Below are positions 8,660 through 17,004 of a stretch of 64,000 nucleotides of DNA, piece by piece. Where the stretch lies: positions 15,800-79,799 of the IMG/VR virus record IMGVR_UViG_3300028588_000001, one strand, 5' to 3'. The stretch is from a virus. Taxonomy: Duplodnaviria; Caudoviricetes. Position 1 is the first letter of the stretch, and every line of letters starts with the position of its first letter. The notes below the pieces were generated by a model, which saw only the letters and a program-made list of their open reading frames with translations, made no database searches and had not been told where the DNA came from. The position numbers and the translations under genes were made by a program.

Positions 8660-9264
8660 TAGCGGGCCTCCTGCTTGCCCGGCACGAACGGCTGGTAGTG
8701 CCTGCGGCCCCAGCGCTCGACCAGCGCTGCGGCATCGCTCGCGCCCAGGCGGGCCAGTGCCTCGGGTACCGTGTCTTGGTACTCGTCCAGCAGGTCGGCG
8801 CGGCTGGCCGCCAGTAGCACGTAGATCCGCTCGCCGGTCGACAGCACGCCGAAACTGCCATCGTCAGGGTTGTCGATCAGGCGCTGCGCGTACTCGTCCA
8901 GTCGATCGAGCTGGCTGGAAGTCATGCCGCCGCCGCCGAGCTTGGCCTCGAATTCGGCTTGCCGCCGCTGCTGGCAAGCGTCGAACACGAATTTCGACAG
9001 GTCGATGAGGTCGGGATACATGGTCTTGACGATCGCGCCCACTTCGAGCAGTTCGGGGCTCTCCCCGTGGTTCAGGTACTCCGTGACCATATCGCCGGCC
9101 ATTTTGGTGCGCAGCTCATCGAGCCCGAACACGCACGCGCCAAGGCTAAACGGGTGAATGCGGTTGTAGAGCGACAGGACCAGCTTGGCCAGGCCAAGCG
9201 CAGAGCTAGTGCCGGGATTCGTGGATATATACACCAGGGCGGCGCGGTACGGTTGTTGATTCAT
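8659..9264 (-). CDS. Conserved hypothetical protein of mobile elements
   Basis: 201 aa, GGAG RBS, LAKLVLSLYN...FSLGACVFGLDE...YLNHGE motif. Confidence 0.75.
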   Translation of the reverse strand: MNQQPYRAALVYISTNPGTSSALGLAKLVLSLYNRIHPFSLGACVFGLDELRTKMAGDMVTEYLNHGESPELLEVGAIVKTMYPDLIDLSKFVFDACQQRRQAEFEAKLGGGGMTSSQLDRLDEYAQRLIDNPDDGSFGVLSTGERIYVLLAASRADLLDEYQDTVPEALARLGASDAAALVERWGRRHYQPFVPGKQEAR

Positions 9265-9315
9265 GTGGATCTCCTAGTTCGTGGTGTGGGATGCCGGCGG
9301 CCGGCCGGCGCGGTT

Positions 9316-9768
9316 TCAATCTTGGCTGCCGATGTCGGGGAGTGGGAAGTCGGTAAGCTCGCCGGCGGCTTCTTCCGGCGACCGCTTGGCCGCGTACATA
9401 TCGGCAAGGTCGTAGCACTCGCTTTGTGTGAAGGCCCGGCCGCCCAGCAGGCGCCGGACCTCATCGGTCCACGCATTTTCGGCGAGCAGTTGGCGCGGTA
9501 CGTGAAGAATCGTGGCGATCGCGTCGTCCTTGTCCCGCTCGTTGATGCTCTTGAAAGCTGCGAATTGGCCATTGGCCACCAGCAGCTGATCCCACACGCC
9601 CAGCGTGTCGCGGTAGATCACTGGCGTGTGCGCGAGGTCGACGCCGGCGGCCGCCAGATCCGCGATCACGCCCTCCGCGTCGTTGGTGACGCTCTTCCCG
9701 TTGTCGTTGTCGATCACGCAAATCACGCCATGCTCGACGGTGTAGCTGTAGTCGGCGCGGATCTTCAT
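9316..9768 (-). CDS. Hypothetical protein
   Basis: 150 aa from ATG 9768 (GGAGG RBS, ATGA overlap). SVTNDAEGVIADL...IYRDTLGVWD. Confidence 0.75.
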   Translation of the reverse strand: MKIRADYSYTVEHGVICVIDNDNGKSVTNDAEGVIADLAAAGVDLAHTPVIYRDTLGVWDQLLVANGQFAAFKSINERDKDDAIATILHVPRQLLAENAWTDEVRRLLGGRAFTQSECYDLADMYAAKRSPEEAAGELTDFPLPDIGSQD

Positions 9769-10268
9769 CCTTCGACCTCCATGTCGCCAGTGTCGCCGGC
9801 GTCGACGCGGCGCGCGATCTCGCCCAGGTCGTGCTCGATATGCCGTGGGGCGAGAAGCCAGCGCCCGTTGGGCATCGGATGATGGTACAGCGTGTGCCCG
9901 CCTGCGCCAATAGAGAAGCTGACGCAATCCGAGAGCAAGTACATGCGCGTTTTCCATGGGAACTCCATGCGCAGGCCGGCCACGTCGGCGGCCGCTTGGA
10001 GTGTGCTGTCCGGGCCATAGTCGACGCCCAGGTAATCGACATGGCGGCCGTTCTCGTCCGGCTTCAACAGCAGCTCGTGCAGGGCGGCGCCGAACTTGTC
10101 CAGCACGTCCGGCGTGTTGTTCTTCGGGATTCGGGCCGCCATCATGCTCTGCATGTCGGTCATGAGCGTGGCAAATTCCGGGCGCTCGTGTTGGTACTTG
10201 GGCGCCGCCAGGGCGCGCTTCCACAGGTCGACGGCGCGCGCGACGATGATGGGGTTCGGCTGGTACAT
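9765..10268 (-). CDS. Hypothetical protein
   Basis: 167 aa, GGAGGGG RBS, LGVDYGPDSTLQAAA...FPWKTRM motif. Confidence 0.75.
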   Translation of the reverse strand: MYQPNPIIVARAVDLWKRALAAPKYQHERPEFATLMTDMQSMMAARIPKNNTPDVLDKFGAALHELLLKPDENGRHVDYLGVDYGPDSTLQAAADVAGLRMEFPWKTRMYLLSDCVSFSIGAGGHTLYHHPMPNGRWLLAPRHIEHDLGEIARRVDAGDTGDMEVEG

Positions 10269-10269
10269 A

Positions 10270-11067
10270 TCAGCCCCTCCCGATCTGGTAGACGTGGCGG
10301 CGCTCGAAGGTGATCATGTCGCCAAGGAGTAGGCCATGCTTCGCGGTCAGAACAAGATCGTTATCCACCTTGCCGCTGATCTTGTTGCCGTTGATCGTCG
10401 CCACCTTGACCCAGAATCGCTCCAAGTCGTCAACGCAAACCTTGACGTGCCAGCCCGGGCGCACGGCGTCCAGTTCCTCGGCCGTTGGGGCCTCGAAGGT
10501 GGCTGGATTCAGCCGCTGTTTTTCTTGCGCATCAACGAAGGTCGGCCGGATCGGGCCGCGATCGGCTTGCGGCCGCGTGTCCGGGGAAAGCCGCCCGGCG
10601 TGCACGGCGGTCTCTGGTTCGAGTGGTGCGTATTCGAGGACGCGGCCTGGAAGAATAGGTAGAGATCCTGTGCGCTGCTGGCCTGGGCGATAAAGCTGGA
10701 TAACGACAACTTCTCGTGCTTGCGGGTCGTGCTTGAGGTCGCGAGGGATGCCGGCCTGTTTGCGGATCTCGCCCTGCACGGCGTTCGGATCGGCCGCAAC
10801 ACTACGCACGTAGGCCTCGCTGATAAGGACGGCGCACGCATTGGGCGGCAGATCCGGCACATATCGCTGCAAGAGTGCGCCGACAGCACGCGAACCGGCC
10901 GGGCTCGTCATCATTTGCGCAATGGGGAACGGGTCGACATGGACGACATGCTCGCCCTCGACAACAACGGTCAGGATTACAGGTGGCAAGTCGCCTTTCG
11001 GCAGGCCTTTGCCGATCAGCTCGCGCGCGAGCCGTTCATACACGGCTTCAAAGGGGAATGTGGACAT
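10270..11067 (-). CDS. Two-domain hypothetical protein with DUF2314-like C-terminus
   Basis: C-terminal HVKVCVDDLERFWVKV...ISGKVDNDL...LLLGDMITFE. GGAG RBS. Confidence 0.7.
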   Translation of the reverse strand: MSTFPFEAVYERLARELIGKGLPKGDLPPVILTVVVEGEHVVHVDPFPIAQMMTSPAGSRAVGALLQRYVPDLPPNACAVLISEAYVRSVAADPNAVQGEIRKQAGIPRDLKHDPQAREVVVIQLYRPGQQRTGSLPILPGRVLEYAPLEPETAVHAGRLSPDTRPQADRGPIRPTFVDAQEKQRLNPATFEAPTAEELDAVRPGWHVKVCVDDLERFWVKVATINGNKISGKVDNDLVLTAKHGLLLGDMITFERRHVYQIGRG

Positions 11068-11080
11068 AATTTCTCCAGAG

Positions 11081-11818
11081 TTAGGGGATCTCGGTAAAGC
11101 GCTGTGTGCACTCTCCGCAAATCAGGTTCAGGGCGGGCTTGCCCCATACCGCTACGGGGTCATCGCACCCGCATGTGTATTTCGAGCGGTTGCTCTTGTT
11201 GGCCGTGGGTTTCGCCGGCGCCGGTTCCATCTGTAGGCCCGTGAGCGCGGCCACCGTCGTCGCCGGCGCCGGCAGCTGTGCGGTTTGCACCAGGGCGGCG
11301 CCGGATGGCTCAGCGCCGGCCGATGGCGGCTGGCCGAAGCGGTCGTACCACGCGATTTTGAAATCATCGTCCAGCAGCTCGCGGCAGGCTGCAAGGAACC
11401 GGCCGCCCTCGATCGGGTAGTCGGCCATCTTGTCGCCCGTGCGCGCGCCGCCAGGCCGGCCGGTAGACGACGGCATGAGCCCGATGGATTCCATTTTGTC
11501 CGCCCACTCGTGGTTGTGATAGCTGGCACGGCCGGGCTTGCCGAATTCGTATTGCCATACGTGGGATTGCTCGTGCACGAGGGTGGCCATGATCTCGACC
11601 AGGGGAACGACTGCGAAGTAGGTCGGATTCATCGCCAGCTCGTGCAGCTTGTCGCCGTTCTGGTTGCCGAAGCGGTTGCGCGAGAAGTAGCCATAGGCGC
11701 GCTCCTTGCGTTGCAAGGTGATCAGGCACTGCGGCAGCTTGCCGTCCCACAGAAGGCGATTGAACGTGTCATAGGCCTTTTGCAGCTCGGAATAGAAGGC
11801 GGTCGTCGGTTGATTCAT
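11081..11818 (-). CDS. SprT-like (Mpr-type) zinc metalloprotease with C-terminal zinc ribbon
   Basis: YDTFNRLLWDGKLP, TLVHEQSH (HExxH), YHNHEW, and KYTCGC...VWGKPALNLICGEC. Confidence 0.9.
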   Translation of the reverse strand: MNQPTTAFYSELQKAYDTFNRLLWDGKLPQCLITLQRKERAYGYFSRNRFGNQNGDKLHELAMNPTYFAVVPLVEIMATLVHEQSHVWQYEFGKPGRASYHNHEWADKMESIGLMPSSTGRPGGARTGDKMADYPIEGGRFLAACRELLDDDFKIAWYDRFGQPPSAGAEPSGAALVQTAQLPAPATTVAALTGLQMEPAPAKPTANKSNRSKYTCGCDDPVAVWGKPALNLICGECTQRFTEIP

Positions 11819-11989
11819 CTTTGTATTGTGCAATCCAAAGTAGGAATTACAAATTCTACTGGCAATTTCTTGCGACGTGTCAAAGATTCAAGTTCAAAGG
11901 AGTAATAAAGTAGGAACTGAGACGCAGGCCGGTTCCACCAACAAACCTTCCTTCACACAGCCGCTGTTGGCGGCCTGCGCCTCACCTGA

Positions 11990-12514
11990 TCAGGCCTTGC
12001 TCCTTACCCAAACCCGGATCTTCGTGCAGCCGCAATTCGGGGTGGAGCACTTCGGCGGGAGCTGATTCGGCAGATCTCGGCCCCAGCTAAAGGCGCTGCC
12101 GGCGTCAGGATCGCCCGGGCACATCCATCCGACCTGTCGGCCGTCGTGCGGTATCGCATCGCGGAGCCCGTTCTTGTAGCCCATGGCGGCGATTGCCTGG
12201 ACGGCTTCGGCATGGGCGCGCGGGCCAGCGTGCGCGAGGTTGCCGAGCAGGGCGGCCGCTTCGCGCAGCTGGGCGGCGTCGATCGCGCCGATGATCGCGT
12301 CTGTCGCTGGCAGCGCCTCGGCCGCTTCAAGCTCTTCCAGCGTCATGTTGCTCGTCATGTTCAGCGCGGCCAGCAGGCGCCGCGCCATCAACGGCTTGTC
12401 GGCATCGCGCAGCTGCGAATACATGACCGTGGCCACGCCCTTGCCGTCGCGCTCGTCCGGCGCGATCCACAGATCCTTGAACCCGTGCAGCCTATACCTG
12501 ATTCCCTTAAACAT
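11990..12514 (-). CDS. Hypothetical protein
   Basis: 174 aa from ATG 12514 with GGAGG RBS. N-terminus is paralogous to the 12507-12794 protein. Confidence 0.7.
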   Translation of the reverse strand: MFKGIRYRLHGFKDLWIAPDERDGKGVATVMYSQLRDADKPLMARRLLAALNMTSNMTLEELEAAEALPATDAIIGAIDAAQLREAAALLGNLAHAGPRAHAEAVQAIAAMGYKNGLRDAIPHDGRQVGWMCPGDPDAGSAFSWGRDLPNQLPPKCSTPNCGCTKIRVWVRSKA

Positions 12515-12794
12515 TCGTTTCCTCCGTAGTGACGCGCGCAACGAGGCCAGCCCCTTCCAGCTGGGCCAGCGCGGCGGCGGCCGAGATCGCAGGCAGGGCT
12601 TCGATAGCCGCGACCGACAGAAAGCGCGTCAGGTTCAGCGAGGCCGTGATTCGCCGGGCCATTTCCGCGCGCTCTTCGTCCGTCAGCTTGTAGCTGTAGG
12701 CGGTCGTCGCCACGCCGCCATCCTCGTCGGCGAAGCGGATCGAGCGATCGCCGTACCCGCCATACCTGTAGATCCTGCCCTCAAACACAGCCAT
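12507..12794 (-). CDS. Hypothetical protein (paralog of the downstream gene)
   Basis: 95 aa from ATG 12794 with GGAGG RBS. Confidence 0.7.
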   Translation of the reverse strand: MAVFEGRIYRYGGYGDRSIRFADEDGGVATTAYSYKLTDEERAEMARRITASLNLTRFLSVAAIEALPAISAAAALAQLEGAGLVARVTTEETNV

Positions 12795-13269
12795 CCTCCA
12801 CTTTCTCGACCGCGTAGAGGAAATGGTCAACCTGCTCCAGCTGGAGAGTCAACTTCCGGCGGAGGTTGGCCGCCACGCGGTAGTGGAACTCCAGCGCGTT
12901 GCAGTGCGAGATCGCGGTGTTCTGCTCCAGGGGCGTGCGCTTGATACGGGGGTCAAGCACAAGCCGCTCAGCATCCTTGTATCGCTGGAAAGCCCGGTCG
13001 GTGTACTTGGTGATTCGGGCAAGCAGATCCGGCCGGAAGGCCGGGGCATCGGCGAGCAGGCTGGTAAGGTGCGTGTTGTTCAGGTCCATCGTATTGCAGT
13101 CGCCGCAAAGCATGATCCGCTCGGCGTCCGTTCTCGGGTCGGCCGCACTACGGCTGCAATTCATCGCGCACTGCTTGGCTGTCGGGTCGAACTTCGCCAG
13201 CTCGGCCGGGTCGGCGCGTGGGAAGTCGATCGGCGCCGTCGGCGCGGTCGGGGGCGTGCGGCGGGTCAT
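12781..13269 (-). CDS. Hypothetical protein with Cys-rich N-terminal motif
   Basis: KQCAMNCS...DPRTDAERIMLCGDC. ATGA overlap with the upstream gene. Confidence 0.65.
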   Translation of the reverse strand: MTRRTPPTAPTAPIDFPRADPAELAKFDPTAKQCAMNCSRSAADPRTDAERIMLCGDCNTMDLNNTHLTSLLADAPAFRPDLLARITKYTDRAFQRYKDAERLVLDPRIKRTPLEQNTAISHCNALEFHYRVAANLRRKLTLQLEQVDHFLYAVEKVEDGCV

Positions 13270-14063
13270 GCCGAGGTCCCTGCGTTCGGCTCGATGCGCA
13301 GCAGCTTGCGGAGCGCCTGCAGGGCCTGCTCGCCGGCGGCGCGATCGTGCGGGTGGAAGGCCAGATCCGCCGGCAGAAGGTGCAGCAGGTCGGCCGCGCG
13401 CGAGCGGAAAATGAGGTCGCTCGTGGACAATCCGGCGCCAGGGTCAAAGCCAGCATTGGTGCGGGTTTCGGCAGATTCCGGGGCTGGTTTGGCGCCAGCG
13501 CTGCGGCCGTTTTCGATATGGGCAACGATCCGGCGCAGTAGCCCAACTGATTCCTCCCTTTTGATGACTGAGGGGAACTCCGTGATCATCGCGCGCCATT
13601 CCGCGGAGTCCAGACTGCGTAGTACGGTTTCGATGTGCTGCGACTCTGCTTCGCCCAGCACGCCGTCAGCTACGCCCGGCGCCTCTACGTGCTGCAAAAG
13701 TGTTGGCATGGCGCGCAAGAGTGCCGATTGAGCCGCCGGGACATCGCCCAGTGTCTTGACCACAGCGCGGCCGGCCACGTAGTGCCAGTCCATGCCCGGC
13801 GCGGTGCGGCTGGCCTCTTTCACCAGGCCTTCCATTGCCAGCATGCCGGCATCCATGACGGCGACGACCGCGCCAGCCTGGAAGATCTCGCTGTCGCACG
13901 CCGGCGGGACAGCGGCGGGGGCGTTCAGGGCTTCGTTCGCCAGGGTGTTGATGGTTTGGACGATCCCGATGTCGACGTTCGAGGACAAGTCGGCGATAAC
14001 TTGGAGCGCCCGAGTATCGTCAGGTGCAGGCGTGGCCGTGCTCGTGTTGTTGGTCGTGCTCAT
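13266..14063 (-). CDS. Hypothetical phage protein
   Basis: 265 aa, AAAG RBS, EIFQAGAVV...MDWHYVAGRAVVKTLGD segment. Confidence 0.7.
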   Translation of the reverse strand: MSTTNNTSTATPAPDDTRALQVIADLSSNVDIGIVQTINTLANEALNAPAAVPPACDSEIFQAGAVVAVMDAGMLAMEGLVKEASRTAPGMDWHYVAGRAVVKTLGDVPAAQSALLRAMPTLLQHVEAPGVADGVLGEAESQHIETVLRSLDSAEWRAMITEFPSVIKREESVGLLRRIVAHIENGRSAGAKPAPESAETRTNAGFDPGAGLSTSDLIFRSRAADLLHLLPADLAFHPHDRAAGEQALQALRKLLRIEPNAGTSA

Positions 14064-14407
14064 AGGTGTCTTTCAGGTGAAGGTGGGTAGACCGGCATGC
14101 CATTGGCATCCGGCTCAAGGATCTCGTCGTACATGCCTTCCAGCTCGGACGCTTCCAGCATCCCGAAGCGGATCGCGACACGGATGGCAAGGGACTGGTG
14201 GCCGGCCCGGTACAGGTAGGCGATCGAGCCCATGCACGAGCTGCGCATCCGGCGGGGGAAGTTGGTCGTCTTGTGGCATGCGAAGTTGTGCCCATCGTCG
14301 GCCAGCAGGCCGGCGATGATGTCCTCAAGCCGGCCGGCGCGCAGCGGGATCGCGCCCTCTTTGCGGAACGGGCAGTTCGCGCACGGGCGCTTCATGTTCA
14401 GGTTCAT
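14060..14407 (-). CDS. DUF6283-like Cys/His protein
   Basis: MKRPCANCPFRK...FACHKT...CMG, 115 aa. Confidence 0.7.
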   Translation of the reverse strand: MNLNMKRPCANCPFRKEGAIPLRAGRLEDIIAGLLADDGHNFACHKTTNFPRRMRSSCMGSIAYLYRAGHQSLAIRVAIRFGMLEASELEGMYDEILEPDANGMPVYPPSPERHL

Positions 14408-15024
14408 CGCTTGCCTCGGCCTTTCGGGAAGAAGCGGCGCAGGTCCGCCATCTGGGACCACTCGGCTTCACCAAAGGCGTGCACATAGGCCTTGTCGTAA
14501 GTGTCGACGCGCAGCATTGGCGAAATGATCTCGACGCCGGGGAAGATCTCGCACAGGGTCTCATCCCGATCGACAATCAGATGCGTGCGGCAGGCGTACG
14601 GCCGCGAGTTGTAGATGGAGCAGGCGCCGTCGACCAGGAACGTGCACGGCACGCCATCAAAGGCGAGATCCCGCTCGGGCGGGAATGAGAACTCGGGCTT
14701 CGCCATCGGCACGCCGATATCCTTTGCGATCTGCGCCGCCTCGGTGGCGCCGACAAGGACCGGCATGTGGCAGCAGTGCGAACAGCCCTTGCTGCATGCG
14801 ACATGCGGCGCGGCCGCAGCATTCAGCCCGTCGGCCAGCTCGCGTAGCAGGATGACTTTTGCCTTGGGCGACGTGGCGCGGTGGACCTTCGCTATGAGCG
14901 CGTTATGTTCGGCTGGGTCGACGCCAGCCTTGATCGCATTGGCGACCTTGTTGCCGTGGACGTAGACCTGGGGATCGGCCTCCCGCTCGCGGATCACGGC
15001 GAGGCGTTCAGCTTGAGACTTCAT
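14404..15024 (-). CDS. YkgJ-family (CxxCxxCC) cysteine-cluster protein
   Basis: ACSKGCSHCCH...PCTFLVDGACSIYNSRPYACR. Confidence 0.85.
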   Translation of the reverse strand: MKSQAERLAVIREREADPQVYVHGNKVANAIKAGVDPAEHNALIAKVHRATSPKAKVILLRELADGLNAAAAPHVACSKGCSHCCHMPVLVGATEAAQIAKDIGVPMAKPEFSFPPERDLAFDGVPCTFLVDGACSIYNSRPYACRTHLIVDRDETLCEIFPGVEIISPMLRVDTYDKAYVHAFGEAEWSQMADLRRFFPKGRGKR

Positions 15025-15491
15025 TGTTGATTCTCCATGCGGACATACCGCGCGTGGTTCAGGCGACGGCGCCGGCGACGTGCGGCGGCCGGCCCGGGCA
15101 GGCGCGGAGTAGTGTAGATCTTGGGTTGCGGTGTTACGGGCGTGCGCGCCTGGGCGATGATGCGGCCGAGGCTTTCAGCGGTAAGGGACTGCGCGCGCTG
15201 GTACTCGGCCTCGACGGCGCTGACGAAGCGGGAGTGGCCGGCGAGAGCTTCCTCGCGCGTGCTGTAGCGGCGGCCGTCGACCGGCTTCTCGTGCAGAAAA
15301 AGCATGGTCTCGAACAGCATGGGAAGGTGGAAGCCGGTATCGACGCCGGTAAATATGGTCGAGATCCGCACATCGTCTACCCAAGTGTCGCCGATGTGCT
15401 TGGGATGGGTTTGCATCCACTGGCCCCAGGTCAGGATGTCATCGCACGGGATCGGATCGCCGGCGTCGTCAAGGATGTATGTCAGCCTCAT
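15021..15491 (-). CDS. Hypothetical protein
   Basis: 156 aa. ISTIFTGVD...LFETMLF...RRYSTREEALAGH is a recurrent phage motif. Confidence 0.75.
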   Translation of the reverse strand: MRLTYILDDAGDPIPCDDILTWGQWMQTHPKHIGDTWVDDVRISTIFTGVDTGFHLPMLFETMLFLHEKPVDGRRYSTREEALAGHSRFVSAVEAEYQRAQSLTAESLGRIIAQARTPVTPQPKIYTTPRLPGPAAARRRRRRLNHARYVRMENQQ

Positions 15492-15820
15492 GCCTTGCGC
15501 CCGCCAGTCTGGACGAAGCTCGCCCAAGCGCCTTCCATGCCGTGATTGTGCCCGCGCTTGTTCCAGTAGTCCCGCTCGGCACCGCCCAGGTTTTCCCACC
15601 AGAGCGCGCGCAGCGTGGTATTGCGCAGCAGGTCCTCGCGGATCTGGGCGGCGAAGTCCTCCAGCATCGCCGGCAGGGTAGCGGTGACTGCCGGTGAGGC
15701 TTGGCAGGCAAAGCCGCCGCCGCCCGGGCCGCCGAAGATGATAAGAAATGCACCGTCCGCTTTCGCCTGCAGGCGAGCATGGGTGCAGGGGTCGTCGTAT
15801 TTGCCGGGACCAAATGCCAT
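15488..15820 (-). CDS. Hypothetical protein
   Basis: 110 aa from ATG 15820 with AAGGA RBS. Confidence 0.65.
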   Translation of the reverse strand: MAFGPGKYDDPCTHARLQAKADGAFLIIFGGPGGGGFACQASPAVTATLPAMLEDFAAQIREDLLRNTTLRALWWENLGGAERDYWNKRGHNHGMEGAWASFVQTGGRKA

Positions 15821-15822
15821 GG

Positions 15823-16299
15823 TCAGGTTCCTTTCTTCGGCGTGTGGAAGGCGTGGCAGCGGCCACAGTAGAGGTAGGCGATATCGTTGGGGTTGTACGA
15901 AGTCTTGCCGCAGCGTGCGCACAAGATGCCCAGGTGGACGCCGGTAGCGACAAAGCGGAACGTCGGGTGCAGCGGCGCGCGCGCGATTGGCGGGAGCCCG
16001 TGCTCTTGCTTCCAGTGGAAGATCCGGGCGGCCGCACGCGCGGCCTGCCGGGGAGTCAGGCCCGGCGGATCTTCTTCGGTACCGCCGTAGCAGGAGCAGC
16101 GGCCGAGCTGGTGGCCGACACTGCCGGCTACGCCGCGCATGCTGCACTCGTAATGCACGGCGCCGCCGTTTTCGTACACCGAGCCCATATCGCCCTCGGC
16201 GATTGCTTCGTCGCACAGGACGCAGGGCGCGCCGATCGGCGTGTCGACGGTTTCCTCTCCCTCTCGCTTCAAGCCGGGCGGGCCAAAGAACTTAGACAC
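15823..16299 (-). CDS. Cys-rich hypothetical protein (two putative metal sites)
   Basis: PCVLCDE...HYEC...CSC and ILCARCGKTSYNPNDIAYLYCGRCH. Confidence 0.7.
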   Translation of the reverse strand: MSKFFGPPGLKREGEETVDTPIGAPCVLCDEAIAEGDMGSVYENGGAVHYECSMRGVAGSVGHQLGRCSCYGGTEEDPPGLTPRQAARAAARIFHWKQEHGLPPIARAPLHPTFRFVATGVHLGILCARCGKTSYNPNDIAYLYCGRCHAFHTPKKGT

Positions 16300-16615
16300 G
16301 GGCCGCTCCTTTTGGCGCGTCGACCACGATGTTGTTCAGGTAGTGGTCGCGCTGCTTGACCCAGGCCCGGGCGTGGTTCGCCGGCATGCCCAGCTCGCCC
16401 TCGAAGTAGGCCAGCAGTTCGGCATCGGTCGACGACTCGTCATTCGAGAGGGACATTTTCGCGTTGCTCACTGCCTTGATAATGGATTGGCAGACCTTGC
16501 ACTTGGAGATCGCGCCTTCGCTAATGCCGGTTTCTTTTGCGGCGGCGTAGCCGGTCTTGCCGGTCCAAAGCAGGATGCGCGCCTGCTTCATTTCATTGCT
16601 TGTTCGTGCGCCCAT
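16292..16615 (-). CDS. HTH DNA-binding protein (frame stays open upstream to ATG 16918)
   Basis: GKTGYAAAKETGISEGAISK HTH, AAGGAAAG RBS before ATG 16615. Confidence 0.65.
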   Translation of the reverse strand: MGARTSNEMKQARILLWTGKTGYAAAKETGISEGAISKCKVCQSIIKAVSNAKMSLSNDESSTDAELLAYFEGELGMPANHARAWVKQRDHYLNNIVVDAPKGAARV

Positions 16616-17004
16616 GGGCTTTCCTTTGGTTGGTTCGGGGGTGTCGGGAGCGGCCTGGGGATCGTCCGGTACCAGTGTGGCGCCGCCGGCGAGGTATTGC
16701 TCCAGCAAAGCGTTCGGGATGCACGCGAAGCGGAAGCCCTGAATGTAAGCGGGGTTGCCCTCGGGGATAGTGACGATGCTGTAGGGCGAGCCCATGGTCT
16801 TGCAAATCCGGGCAGTGTATTCGCGCACCGGCTCGATGGTCGCGTGGACCGGCTCGCACGGCGGTTGCTGCTTAAATTTCTCCCAGAGGGAGGTGGCTTC
16901 ATTGTGTTGTGTTTTCATTTCGGCAGGCCTTGGATGGTCAGTCGGAGAGGCGGCCCCATTGCGAATGGTACGTGAATAATTCAAGCAGGGCCACCGGAGT
17001 GTTG

